Below, in pieces: positions 1-12,802 of a DNA stretch of 64,000 bases. Each line of letters begins with the position of its first letter. Positions within the stretch are counted from its first letter, which is position 1. The notes below the pieces were generated by a model. That model saw only the letters and a list, made by a program, of their open reading frames with translations, was not told the origin of the DNA and ran no database searches. The position numbers were made by a program, and so were the translations under genes. The stretch spans positions 31,161,626-31,225,625 of the forward strand of contig CM074516.1 of assembly GCA_037379345.1 (NCBI GenBank), read 5' to 3'. This DNA is from Perna viridis (taxonomy: Eukaryota).

Positions 1-1959
1 ACCCTCACTTGGTGGTATATTTTCGACTTGTTCCTGCAACATATATTTCGGTTCAGCGAATTGGGCTTTACAGTATACCTTAGATATTTTAGAAAAATCA
101 AAATCACATGTAATATCTACTGGTTGCAAAAGAACCAGTTTAGTTGTTAAATGGGCCCTTAAGCGATCATTACAACTAGCGAATGTAGAAATCAAATTCA
201 TGACAAAAAAATAGTGATATATAAAAATGATTTCTAAAGAGATATGTGTCCGACGTAAAAATAGCTTTAGGGATTATAACCAACCAAGAATAGTAAACGC
301 AATACCACGGGCAGTGGCTGACACTACATCTCCAGACAGTGAACAAAAAAAAAACCAATAACTTAAAATTCTCTACAACATGCTTATATTTTACCTTATC
401 AAATGCTTCCACGTTCAGATGACATTATTCTTTGAACCAGAATCCCTTAAATCTGTGGCTTCACACCTTGAATTGCGCATGATAAAACCTCTCGATTCTG
501 GAATTGGCATCCTATTTCGATATTCTGGGGGCTGGATACTTCTTGTATGCATTTTGTGTTTATCTCGATCTTCCTATAAATTTTATTCGTATACGGTGCT
601 CTTTGAAATACGTGTACACCATATTATTTATAAAAGATATAAAGGTATTTTATTATTTTTAATAAGTACTAATAAAAAATTAGTTTCATATCCATAAGAA
701 AACGTAACTTTTTATTTAGGGAAGGAACACGATGCGTATAAAACTACTTTGTATTTTTGCTTATGCAAAATACATATTTCACTAAATAATTCAAGTCTGT
801 GGCACAAAAACATAAAACCAGGATATGTGCAGAAAAAGTGATCATATTTGTTTAATGAAAACATATAATCTGTTTTTATCTGAAATATGAACGTAGCCTA
901 GTGAATTAGAAACGCACAAACAACTTTTTCTCCCCTTCTACGTATTGTTAAGCCACCAAATAAAAACAAATAAATATAAAAAAAAGTCGTCTTAGCAGAC
1001 ATATATTGACAAAAAGAAAAATGACAAAAACTAGCATATGAATTTAATATATGAATATTGCACAGCAAACGACCTTGAATCGCACCTTTTCCTATGTTAT
1101 AACACTATAACACAATCATTGATGCTTGTTCATTGTGATGTTAAAATAAAATAACTTTATATATTCACAGTTGATATAGTCATATTTCAGAAACAGTTAA
1201 TATGTGGCTTTTCATAGAAACCGTGTTCTTAGGAGATAAAATTTATATAGAAAACACTCTAGAAAATCAAAACTATGGGAAATAACTCAGTAAATGACAC
1301 TAAAATTCAATAGAAACTGTTGGATTTTAGAAGTGAATTATCTCCTATGAGCAGACAGATTGGGATGAATGATTATAAATTGCATTATATAGACTTATAA
1401 AGAAACTTCATGAATTCTGCCGTATTTTATACAAATGTATCTAGGCAAATATTTGCAAAAAATATATATGATGTAGTTCAACACATGTTTAAGCTGCATT
1501 GAAATTACCAATTATTTTCATATCATTCGAACATATAAATAGCATATCATATCAATACTTGTATGTAACAAGGTATAATGTTGTAAAAGGTTACCTTGTA
1601 TTATGAATTTCTAAGCATTCCTTCATACAGTTAATGGAACAAAAATGATATGACGACTCCGACACTGACTGAGCTTTTTGTTATAGTACAGCGTTAAATG
1701 AATAAATAGTATGCAACTTTGTGTATATACTAATGGATAGTTTCTTTTCAGATTTTCATACATTACATAATTACAAAACGAAATAACGAAATAAGTCAAT
1801 GATATCAGATAAAAAAAATTAACAACGTACGTCATGTAAATGTTATTATTTATTCAGAAAGGATTTTCTGTACCAAAAAAGCCGTACATTTTGTTTGGGA
1901 TAGATTTTTCCTCTTTCCGTAACAGATTTTTGAACAACATACCACAAACTTAAAAACTG

Positions 1960-2051
1960 TGTCAGGCGACTGTCCATGATTGTTTGATCGCCTGAATATA
2001 GCTGCAATATTGCTGCTCGGCCGTTAAACCACAACAATCAGTCAATCAATT
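1960..2051 (+). mobile_element. SINE 3' fragment (Meta-domain-like tail)
   Basis: gatcgcctgaatatagctgcaatattgctgctcggccgttaaaccacaacaatcagtcaatcaat resembles, from recall, the 3' portion of molluscan MetaSINE-type elements ending in a (TCAA)n tail. Confidence 0.45.
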
Positions 2052-2159
2052 ATGATTATTTGTAGAGTCAGTATATTTTGTTGGAGGGTTCTCAAGGCGT
2101 AAACCAAATCCCCATAACAAACCTACTGGCTGGCTAAATAATCAAAAGATTGAAAATGA

Positions 2160-3000
2160 ATGCACAGAAAACAATAATACAGAACAAAGCAGCTGCAATA
2201 TAACTGCGTATGTATTAAAAGGAACTAAAAATGGATTCTGCCTTTGAACTTTACGGTCTGCAACAGCTGAATGAATGCTTAGCCCATTTCTACATGGATG
2301 TTAGCAAAACTGACGGAGAGCTTCACAAAACTTCATCGATAGTCTAAGATATTTATTAAACAGATATTTAATAGCACAGCCTTACAACACAATGTTTGAC
2401 ATTGCGAGGGATACAAGTTTCGCAAACTCGTGAAAATATATTAACTTATGATGGCGGCTAGAGCTTAATATGATGGGATTATTTGATGTCGAACATTACC
2501 TCACTATCAATGAAGTTGACAGAAGAAAATTGTATTCATCTTTATTTTTGTCTCCAAACAACACGTTTGGGTTGCATAAATAAAGTACAAGTTGATATCC
2601 ACTTTTATTTCAGTGGGAGAGGAAAAACGAAAACATGCAACAAATACACAAAACACGTTTTATGGTTCAAAGAAATCCCAAATTCGGACTTTAGTATATT
2701 GTAAAAACAATAAACAAACTGAAAATAAATCATCACGTAGACGATAAAAAGAAAACATCTGCTTGAAGCCCGAAAACGCTGGGTCTGAATTTTTTTCAGT
2801 ATTATCGTATGACAAGTATATGAGTAAACTAATTGTTAAATGTGACAGACTATGACAAGGACCGAAGAATAATCCGTACCATTTGCTAAAGCATTGACTG
2901 CTCCTATCATTTTACCTATATAATATAGAGAAACACAAGAATCTACCATTGTAGCTCTATCCCGTAGTGATTTATATACGTCAGCTAAAAAGTACAGGTC
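2160..3000 (+). mobile_element. Degenerate Crypton-like (DUF3504 tyrosine recombinase family) remnant
   Basis: Broken frames read LNECLAHFYMDVSKTDGELHKTSS, LRYLLNRYL...FDIARDTSF and NKVQVDIHFYFSGRG. These match the DUF3504/Crypton-A pattern (L..FY...RK.DG..Y; LRY.LNRYL; LQNKV.FDI.FYF.RRG). Multiple stops and frameshifts. Confidence 0.6.
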
Positions 3001-3825
3001 TAATCCGTTACTGTTTACTGGCACTTTAATATATTGCATTTAAGTCATGTTGAACATTGCAAAACTAAAACAAAACTCGGGGATTTAATGCGTGTTTACG
3101 AGGTGTGGACATTGATAATTTACGGAAACACCTATGTTTGTTAAACAAAATCAACAAATGTTTAACAATTGATCCGTAACCATTGTTTATAAAAGAGACT
3201 GACCTAAATTGTTTCATTAGTTTGTTTAAGAAACATTATATTCCCATTTTCGTTAAGGTTTGTTACTTTGTCTCTAATTTTACCAACAATATAATAGCTA
3301 TTCAAAAATAAGGAGGATCTTGATCGATATTTATCTTTATTGAATTAAAAGCAATGACCGACCGTTTGCTATTTCAATTTTAAAAATCCAGGTCTGCCTT
3401 TATCAACGGCCATGACCCCTCAATATCTGTTTGCAGTGTATTGCGCGAGGAATTTCTGTCTGGCCTTTGAATGTATTGTTTCATTTTTTTTTCTTTCAGT
3501 TTACTTTTAGGTGGCAGGAGTATATAGGGGCAACTAATTTGCTGTACCTGAGTACAATACTGTTGTGAGCCCAACTGCAGACTGTCCTGTGGTGTGAGGG
3601 TTTCCTTGTCATTCATTGAATACCCATGGATGGCCTTGAGCTGACATTTTTCGTCCTGATGGGGTTGCTGTCTCTTCGACATATTTACCATATCCATTCT
3701 CAATGTATTTATCAAACAGTTTATCAAATAGTTTGTGTATACACCATGACTTCCCAATAAATGTTCGTATTTGTTTTAAGGATGTATTAGGTGGTTTGTT
3801 GGTAAAACGAAGGTGGAAAAACGAA

Positions 3826-4035
3826 ATGCAGAGGACCTTTACTCTACCAGAGCACCTGGTGTCATGCTCCCAGTTTTTAGAGTCCGAGTTGCTCATTTGC
3901 TTTTGTTACTTTGTATGTATGATTTAAGTTACTTTATGTTCTTGGTTGTTTATGTCTGTTTTCCATGTCTGGTCTTTGTCCCTGGATTACATTCTTTTGA
4001 TTACCGCTATAACCTTGGTTCCCTTGATTACTCTT
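3826..4035 (+). mobile_element. Naiad PLE 3' UTR fragment
   Basis: Matches the 3' end of the copies at 8087 and 35980 (gcagaggac...gcacctgg...ccgagttgctcat...cccttgattactct). Confidence 0.85.
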
Positions 4036-4451
4036 TAAGAAAGTATGTATGAGTATATAATCATATATAAACGGACAGCCGCGTATAAAACATGATAAGT
4101 TTATTAACAATTATGATTATTTATATGAATTACAGAAAGCCTATATGTAACTTAAAGGAATAGAGTTGGTCTCTCCTAGATTATATATAACCATTACCTA
4201 ATGAAATACCTTAATTGACTGGACAATTGATAGGGATATATAAACTTTCTATCAGACAATCCATTCACCTTTTTAGATGATCGACTTTATTTCTTGTGCT
4301 AACTTTTGGTTATTTTCGTTTCTTTTAAGTTTTTTTTTCAGGTGTTTTACATGCTTTCCTCTCTTTATATAAGATGTAATGCATCAAGCTTGAAGAATTG
4401 TAATATAGTAAATGGTTACAAAAAAGCCTACACCATAGAAAATCAAGTTAC

Positions 4452-4855
4452 CTTTCGTTATCATGAACTCGTTGGACTTGACTTTATATGAGCAAGTCGG
4501 CGGGTGTTTCTAGAGAAACAGAGGACGCTTACCATACCGGTGCACTTGTTCCATGCTCCCAGTTTTTAGTGGAGCCAGAGTTGCTCATTTGCTTTTGTTA
4601 CTTTGTATGTATGACTTTTTTACTTTATGTTCTTTGTTGTGTATGTCTGTTTTCCATGTCTTATTGTATTATTTTGTCTACCCAGTTTTTAATGGAGTCC
4701 GAGTTGCTCATTTACTTTTGTTACTTTGTATGTATGATTTTAGTTACTTTATGTTCTTTATTGTGTATGTCTGTTTTCCATGTCTGGTCTGTCTTTGTCC
4801 CTGGATTACATTCTTTTGATTACCGCTATAACCTTGGTTCCCTTGATTACTCTTT
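4452..4855 (+). mobile_element. Naiad PLE 3' UTR fragment with internal duplication
   Basis: Same 3' UTR. The segment cccagtttttagtggag...ttccatgtct occurs twice (about 4558-4660 and 4681-4785). Confidence 0.85.
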
Positions 4856-4956
4856 CATACTAAATCAAATTGAATATATCAGCTTAAAAGAGTTACATAT
4901 ATAAATGGCTTTTGAAATTTCTATATTGCTTCATATTACTTTAAAAAGGATAAATA

Positions 4957-5235
4957 GCCCCGTGCAGGTCCGGATGTTGCAGCGCTAAGCTTATCGTAGA
5001 AGGCGACCTAATAGCGCTCAGGTCCCCTGGCCGGGGCTTGTGGGCTTTGCAAATATAGCAACCAGGTTGTGTGTCCGAGGTGGTGGAATGGGGAACCCCT
5101 GGCATGCTACATGCTGGGGTCGTCAGTCCATAAACGGCAAACCTGTCCTCAAACCATAGTGGTGCACCTTGTTGAAAAAAAAATGCCACGTTCTTTGCTG
5201 GAATACAGTTGCTTGGGCGTTAATCAATCAATCAA
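4957..5235 (+). mobile_element. GC-rich SINE-like repeat with (TCAA)n tail
   Basis: GC-rich island starting ccccgtgcaggtccgg. It contains the hairpin agcgcta-...-tcgtagaaggcga-...-tagcgct and ends gcgttaatcaatcaatcaaa, like the tail at 2040. Confidence 0.5.
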
Positions 5236-5908
5236 AAAAGGACAAATAAGAGTAACAATAGAATTTTTGAACACTAATTCGATTCATAATCAAGTCAAGT
5301 CCAAAATAAATGTGACAAAATAGATATTACATCACCGGAGTTGCTGGTGCCTCAATGGTCCTGACTTGGTGTAGGCATTCCAAACGATATATTTGGTTGA
5401 AACTAGGTTTTATAGCGCGTCAAACCTCCCTCTTCTTTATTGCGTGAATATACTGGTTGCGACTAAAAAGCATTTGTATGCTATAGTGTCATAGTCGATA
5501 AATCAGTGGTCATAACAATACAAAGTATGACGTACAAAAAAGCAAAAGCAATTATCAAAATAGCTTAAACGTCAAAAGAAGCAAATAAGTCCAAACGTTA
5601 TCACAAGAAAAAAATTCTTACACTTAAAGAGTTAATCACCAGGTGAATAAACTGTTTTCTAGAAAATTTGAATCTCCCTGTCAATCGTCCTGTCAACGAC
5701 CTAAGATATTTCATCAGTTAATGGTCATATAATCAAAGGAAGACCAACTCTATCACCTGAAGTTAGACTCGCTGTAATTTGTCCTCAAACGAGAGACCTT
5801 ATCTAAGTATAGATATATGATATCGATTTTAAATGTCTGTTTTACTTTAAGCAATCATGCAATTCAGTACTATATTACAACATGCAACAGTACATATGTC
5901 AGTAATGG

Positions 5909-6045
5909 AAGAGTAATCAAGGGAACCAAGATTCTCCCGGAAATCAAAATAATGTAAGCCAGATACAAAGACCAGATGGGGAAAACAGACATACATAACA
6001 AAGAACATAACAGAAGATAGTTCATATAAGAGAAGCAAATATAGT
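5909..6045 (-). mobile_element. Old Naiad PLE 3' end fragment
   Basis: aagagtaatcaagggaaccaag... is the reverse complement of the Naiad 3' terminus, diverged. Confidence 0.7.
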
Positions 6046-6419
6046 TACGTGGCTTCTACTATGGATTATCCAGTTCTGCGTTTAAAATTTTTTTTATCAA
6101 TTACGTATCTCCATAACATTTTCTGTGTTGAATAACTGCAGTAGTAGAAAGGCATTCAAGATGAAAGGGATGTTCGTCCCTCTGTTCGTATTTTTATTGT
6201 TTATATCCTCTATATAAATCTATTCAACTACTATGTTTGGCATATGGTGGTTAGTAATCTAAAATAGTTGTCAGGGAAACTTATAATTCAGGTGGTTAGA
6301 TTATATAGAATCTACATTATGACTGTGTTAAGAGAAAATGCTTTTTTATATTACTTATTCTACAAGGAGTACTTCCATTCTGACTACTTCTTGTATAGAA
6401 TAATTTTTATTAAGATTTT

Positions 6420-6576
6420 AGGCCCTGGTGCCACAAAACCTAAAATTACTTAAGTTTGAGAAAGTTTCTAAACTGTTTATGATGTCATTTAATCCAAAGC
6501 CAAAGACTGATTGAATTTACCATGGATGTTAAGAATATTCTCAAAAGCATTTGTTATTTTTTGTGGAGCTGGGCCC
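6420..6576. mobile_element. Short MITE (PIF/Harbinger-like ends)
   Basis: Imperfect terminal inverted repeats ggccctggtgccacaaaa / ttttgtggagctgggccc. Confidence 0.5.
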
Positions 6577-7952
6577 AGATATCCTTCTCTTGATAAAATA
6601 CATCGCATTACTAGTTAGTTAAATGTGTTTATATTCGTTAAAAATGTTTAGTAAAATTACTTTACATGATTATTGTAAATGTGTCTAGAGGGATATGCAA
6701 TTGTTGTCTAGAAATGAGATAAATGAATGTGTGTTTACGTTTTGTAATTCCAGATACAAAGTTCATGTTGTACGATTACGTGCCTATTGTTTAGTTCAGC
6801 CCTGCTGTGTGACTTCCTGTTTTTCGTTTTGTATTACCTGTTTTGTTTTTTTTTCTTTTTTATTTGTCTTCGGACTAACCATTGCTTGCACATTAGGTAT
6901 TCAGACGTCTTTTTTTTTTCAAATATAAATTTTTGTTTGGCATATGTGATAGGCATTGTCATTTTATATTCGTTTAATGTCTTTTTCTGAACATTTCGGA
7001 AGAATAATGTAAGCAAAGAGGATGGTTTTATGTAGTACTTACTCTTGTATTGACCTTTTGTCTTTTGTATTGTTTATTTCTTGAAAAAAATTTTAATTTC
7101 AAATGTGTGTACCAAATAAATTATGATATATTTCCCTACATGTACAGAACATTGTAGAAAGGTTTGTATTAAAATAATTTCCAAAGTTGTGCCACATCTG
7201 TTGAAACATTTGATACGGTTGATGTATTTCCGTTGAAATTTAAGACAATTAATTATTTCTGAATCATCAAGCCTCGAATTAAAAATTTTAATCATATTTC
7301 AAAAATGTTTTTGAATCGTTGAATTCAACACCTTCATGAAATGATAGAAATAGACATTTAGTAATAAAGCAATAATGTTTTAATATGTGTTTTTCTTAAA
7401 TACCAATTACAAGACAATTATATAAGGGAATGCAAAAGCAATTTTCTCTGCACTAATTTCAGTTGAAGCTTTTTTATCAAGCATATGTCCATGTCAATTT
7501 ATGGAGCTCATGGCGAATATAGAATTGATCGTTGAAATGAAACCTCTCAGCCCTCCACAATCGATTGCGACCAACTCAATGCAACACGAAATGGCGGATA
7601 CTGACATGAAAATTAAAATAAGCCATCTGACCCTTCCTGAGACCATCTCCATAACATTTCATTTTTTTTCCATATATATTGAAAAATGAAAACAATCTGA
7701 GGTCCCTTCCAAAGTGCTCTTTTATTTCCAAATTTTGCCGTATTTAATTTCTAAACAAACATTTATGAAATCATTTGCTGAGGTTTAACGTAAAGTAACC
7801 AATTATTGTCATTACACTTGAACATCTGAAATAACATTAAAAATGACTAATGCAACCTGGCCAAGTAAAAAGGCCACCTTTTTTCAATTTTTTTCGCATT
7901 CTTTTCAAAATTACGAAGTTTTGCGACTTACTGTTTTTGCTCCGTTTCTTAC

Positions 7953-8003
<51 letters not shown>
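7953..8003 (+). repeat. (ATT)n microsatellite
   Basis: About 16 direct ATT repeats, which explain the poly-Ile ORF 7843..8085. Confidence 0.95.
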
Positions 8004-8004
<1 letters not shown>

Positions 8005-8086
8005 CTTCTTCTGCAAGTAAAGATGTCCTGGAGATTTCTCGGAGACCGTTTATTCGATTCATACCAAACTTGGCTCAAAAATTAAT

Positions 8087-10530
8087 AAGAGTATCAAGGA
8101 AACTAAGATTATAGCGGTAATCAAAAGAATGTAATCCAGGGACAAAGACTAGACGTGGAAAACAGACATACACAACAAAGAACATAAAGTAACTAAAATC
8201 ATACATACAAAGTAACAAAAGTAAATGAGCAACTCGGACTCCACTAAAAACTGGGAGCCTGGACCAGGTGCACCGGTAGGGTAAGCGTACTCTGCTTTTC
8301 TAGAAACACCCGCCGAGTTGTTGCTCATAAAAAGTCAAGTCCGGGGTAGACAAACGAGGAAAGGTAAACTATGACCCGTTGAATAAATCAGTTTTCGTGG
8401 TGCTGATGGATACATCACAACGATCCACGAGTTCATGATGACGACCATAAAACTTCTGTAGTGATGACTTCAATCTTGTAGCAACATAACCTTGTTCCAG
8501 AAGCCTATTTTTTAGACTTCTAGCGCGATACAAAAAGTCTACGTAGTTTCGGCAAGCTCTGGCATAACGTATGAGTTGTGATATGAACACTCCATGCGCA
8601 GGAGCCGAAGGGATGTTGCCACAGATGAAAGGAAAGTTGACAATTCTGAATGAAAAGTCATCACGTTTGTCGTAAAGTTTGGTCAATAGTTTTCCTTTAC
8701 CATCGATTTCTAAGTGTAGGTCAAGATATGAGGCTGACTTCACAGTGTCTATAGTATCCTTTATCTCAAGTTCTTTTGGGTAGATGCGATGTATCAGATC
8801 CCCGAAATTAGGATTGTTTAAAGATAATACGTCATCTATATAGCGGAAACTGAGATTGAAGGATCTAGCCAAACGATATTCTTTCTTTCTAATCAAATCA
8901 TCTATAAAGTCAGCCTCATGAGAGTGAAGAAATAGGTCAGTAAGTAAAGGACCACAGTTTGTTCCCATTGGAATGCCGAACGTTTGTTGAAAAACACGTC
9001 CACCACACTGGACAAATGTGTTGTCGATTAAAAGTTCCAGCATTTTGTAAACATCTTCCTCTGTATATTTGGAATTATTTCTTACAATCTTGAGGAATCT
9101 TTACCAAGAGCTATATATTTGTATCTAGGTGTACCATCTTTTTTGGAAAACCAACGATGTATAATGTTTTTAAGTCGGGATTTTAACTGAGTATGGGGAA
9201 TAGAAGTATACAGTGTTGAAAAATCATAGGTTTTGATGCTATTATATTCTAATAATAGTCTTGAACTGATTGTCTCCAACAGATCTTTCGAATTTTTCAG
9301 CACATTGAATTAATACCACTACGGGAGTAACAAGTGTTGTGGTAGGACTGCAGACCTTCTTTGACAGTTGTGAGTATAGAAGTTATAAGTTTTGAAAGAG
9401 GTTTGGTGGTACATTTTGCAGATCCAGCTATGAAACGTTGTTTGTATGGATTCTTGTGAAGTTTAGGAATCCAACACATAGACGGTAAATCACAATCATC
9501 GTCCTTGGTAGAGAGACCAAAAGAGGATAGCACAGATTGATGGTTTTCCACAATCTCTTCTTGGGAGAGAGTGGTAGCAGTATAGGTCTTATCACTGCTA
9601 TTATTTTCTACGTCTACCTCTGATAATAAACATTGGATATTAAACGTTTTGCAGACAAAAACAATGTTGTTTTGGGTTTTGTCTGCTGGTACGACAACAT
9701 ATTTGTCATGTATAGTAGACAATGCTTTTGCTACATCGGGGTCTTTGAAAACTGATGTAGCCTTGGCACTCATTGACCTACTTAAAACTTTCATTCGTTT
9801 CAAAATTAAAGACCTCACGACCTTTAACCACTCTGACAGAGAATCAATGTCTTCTTGTTCTCGTTTTATCCTTTTTCTTGCATAGTTCTGGACGGCATCC
9901 ATAAGAACTTTAAAGTTATAATTCCAATTTATGGAGCGTGGTTCACGGACCTTTAGAAAGGATATTACGTAGAGATTCGTTTTCGATAATGGTTAAATCT
10001 CCCGTAACGACGTTATCAGAAGGACCATATTTGAATGGAGAGGTTTTGCAAGAACAATATGTGGTTTAGCCTTGAAGTCCTCAATCTCGAGGTTCTGCAA
10101 TAGCCTTTTATAATTGAAAATTTTGGATGCAATGGGTGAAGTATAGGAATATGAAATAATTGGTATGGATTTGTCTTTGAATTATGGGGGAATTTTGGTG
10201 GTAACGTTTTTGTGATGGAGGATATTAGCCAAATTAATTGCATCTATACCTTTGTTGACAAACGGTAGTGAAGAAATGATCGTTTTTCTTCATCTTGACT
10301 TTTCACACAAACTGGTTTAAAGAGTCTGTGGAGTCTATGCAATATCTAAAATGATGGCAACAAGTCTATATAATGAAGAGGTGGGGGTCAGAAACAGGGG
10401 TGTCAAGACTTGTTTTGTAAAGGGGGTGTAGTGGAGTGAGAGGTATAGAATAAATTTTGGTTCTAATGTGATGAAGTCCAAAAGGTTTTTGTATGAAAGG
10501 AAGGACACCATCTATGGAGACATAATGTAA
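8087..10530 (-). mobile_element. Naiad-clade Penelope-like retroelement, 5'-truncated, frameshifted RT
   Basis: RT motifs PADK, WIPKLHKNPYKQRFIAGS, YDFSTLYT, GIPMGTNC, FRYIDD, YLDL, LYDKRDDF. The ORF stops right after the thumb (FYGRHHEL...DLFNGS*) with no C-terminal GIY-YIG. The upstream linker is homologous to the CxC...GHVITGDL...KGPKYREP segment of the 40713 copy. A 4-nt deletion near 9300 and other frameshifts break the ORF. Confidence 0.88.
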
Positions 10531-10956
10531 TTTTGGAACTCATTACATGTATACAAATAACTCAGAACGCTGTTCTAGACTTGCTGATATCATAGGCGTA
10601 AAAAAATCTAGAATGCCGCCATTTTTTTCAAAATGGCCGCCAAAATCGGCAAAATTTCAGCATTGCTCGATTTCACTGAAAATTTATAAACATTGGATTC
10701 TAAATTCAATGGCGGCTTCATAATTTGACTAAATTCGACTACTTGCCGGTTTTGGCGACTTTTGTGTTTTGCTTGCAAACACAGTATTCCTTGTTTGTTA
10801 TGGTTTTTTCTGTTTTCTTGGTTCCATATAGTCAATTTTTAACTTTATTATATTTATCATATGATTGTAGAATAATGAAATACAAACCTATTAGCTGTGA
10901 TTTGACGCGATTCGCATCTTGGTATTGTGATTTGTGATAAGATATATCTCAAGTGA

Positions 10957-12600
10957 TTTACTTACTTACTTATCCTCTTTGCGCCTGGTGGCGCATAAGA
11001 CTGTAATTAGGGACCTCCAGTTTTCTCGGTTTCTGGCTTTTTGGCTCTGCTCTCAATTTTACCCCAGGTCTTTCTCGTGTCTTTGAACTCTGATGTCATA
11101 GTGCCTCCATGTTTCTCTTGGTCGTCCTCTGTTTAGTTTGCCTCTGATGATGTCCATTTGGCAGTTACTCTGATGATATTGTATGCCTCTCTTCTGTTGA
11201 CATGGCCAAACCAACTTAATCGTCTATGCATTATCTGGATCATGATGTCAGTTTGACCAGTCTTTTCATACAATGCCAGGTTGGTGATCTTTTGTGGCCA
11301 ATATATTCTTGAGAGATCTCTCAGGCATTTGTTGTGGAATCCTGAGAGTCTCTTGATGTCTTTCTGTGTTATTCGCCAGCATCCAGACCCATACAGAAGG
11401 ATTGATATGACAATGCTGTTTTATAATTTGGTTTTTGTCCACAGGCTGATGTTGTTTTTCTTCCATATTCTGTTTAGTTAGTGAAATGCGACATTTGCCT
11501 TTTGAGGTCTGTTGGCAATATCCATTGATGTTGCAATGCTTTTACTTAATGTACTTCCTAGATAGGTAAAATCTTTGATTCTTCAAGTGGTTCATTGTCT
11601 AACCTGATTTCTGTTGGGGAAGGAACAAGTCGCATGGCTTTTGTCTTTCTTTTATTGATGTTCAATCCAACTTGTTTAGCGTCTTTTGACAGGTCTTCAG
11701 TTTTTCCCTGCAGATGTTCGGCATTGTTGGATAGCAGAGCTACATCATCGGCAAACTTGAGATCTTCTAGCGTTTATGTTAAAGTCCACCTTATGCCCCT
11801 TTGCCGATTCCCAACAATTCTCGTCATCATCCAAACTATTGCTACAAAGAATAACATAGGTGACATGATGCATCCTTGTCTGATTCCACTTGTGATGTAA
11901 AACCATTCACTGAGCTTGTTGTCATCTATAATGCTGCATGAAAAGTTGTTATAGAATGATTTAAGTATTCGAACGAGTTTATCTGGGCATCCATAGGCTG
12001 TAAGTATTTTCCAGAGGCTCTCATGATGTAGACTGTCAAATGCCTTTTCAAAGTCTATAAAGTTTAGATGTAATTTACTATTCCATTCTATGCACTGCTC
12101 CGTTATTTTTCGTAGAGTAAAGATGTGATCAATGCAACCAAAACCTGATCTGACTCCTGCTTGTTGTTTTTGGAGTTTGTTCTCAATGGCTTCATTCAGT
12201 CGCATGCAGATGATCTTGCAAAAGACTTTGATGGGAACTGAAAGGAGCGTTATACCGCGCGAGTTTGAACAGCTCACTCTATCACCCCTTTTCGGTAACT
12301 TAACTATCAGTCCTATGCACCAACCAGTTAGGAGTATCTCAGATTCCCATATTTCTGAAAACAAAATGTGTAGCTGATATGTAGCTAGCTTAATATCTGC
12401 TTGAAAAGTTCACCATTTAAGTTGTCAATTCCAGGTGCTTTGTTGTTTTTTTTTTCAGTTTTAGGATGGCTTTCATGGTTATGTCTTTTGTTGGTGGTTC
12501 GAGATGTATGTCCATTCATTCTCCAAAGTTTTCTTGGTTGTTACTGTTGGAAGGTGCTCCAGTGAGTTCTTTTGTAATTCTATATACTTCACTTAGCTCA
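10957..12600 (-). mobile_element. RTE-clade non-LTR retrotransposon, 5'-truncated
   Basis: IVKLPKRGD..CSN.RGITLLS, QAG.RSG.GCIDHIFTLR, FIDFEKAFDS, GIRQGCIMSPMLF, FADD and FTYLGS, with a (TAAG)n 3' tail at 10957-10975. Confidence 0.9.
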
Positions 12601-12802
12601 GACTTGTATTAATATCTTTGAAAAGTATATCAAATCAATGTACGAGAAGGGAAATGCGTTTTAATCCAATATACTATTAAAATGTATACAGGGTCTACTG
12701 CACCTGAACATAGTTTAGCTTTAATAAATCCGCAACGGCCTTTATCAAACGATAGAAACTGTGCAAACAGTGACATCTGATAAGGGTGTTCCTTATTTAG
12801 CT

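Larger units (their letters stand above)
7915..10795. mobile_element. Non-autonomous HINE/Helentron-like element interrupted by a Naiad insertion
   Basis: Begins ttttgcgactt...ttttgctccgtttctt followed by (ATT)n. It resumes after the PLE with caaaatggccgcc blocks and ends ttttggcgactt...ttttgcttgcaaacacagtattccttg. Family assignment is from recall only. Confidence 0.4.

Noticed and set aside
7843-8085. Poly-Ile membrane peptide ORF
   Set aside because: Translation of an (ATT)n microsatellite.
8369-10530. Selenocysteine-encoding Naiad (reported in some clams and spiders)
   Set aside because: The Cys positions I checked, including the CxC in the 40713 copy, use TGT/TGC. The TGA ending ORF 9297..9902 comes from a 4-nt deletion (the other copy reads SMWTLKNS). 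No SECIS could be supported.
11140-11180. Hammerhead ribozyme core (CTGATGA)
   Set aside because: The matches lie in the antisense strand of RTE coding sequence, without supporting stems or a positioned GAAA. None was seen in the PLE UTRs.
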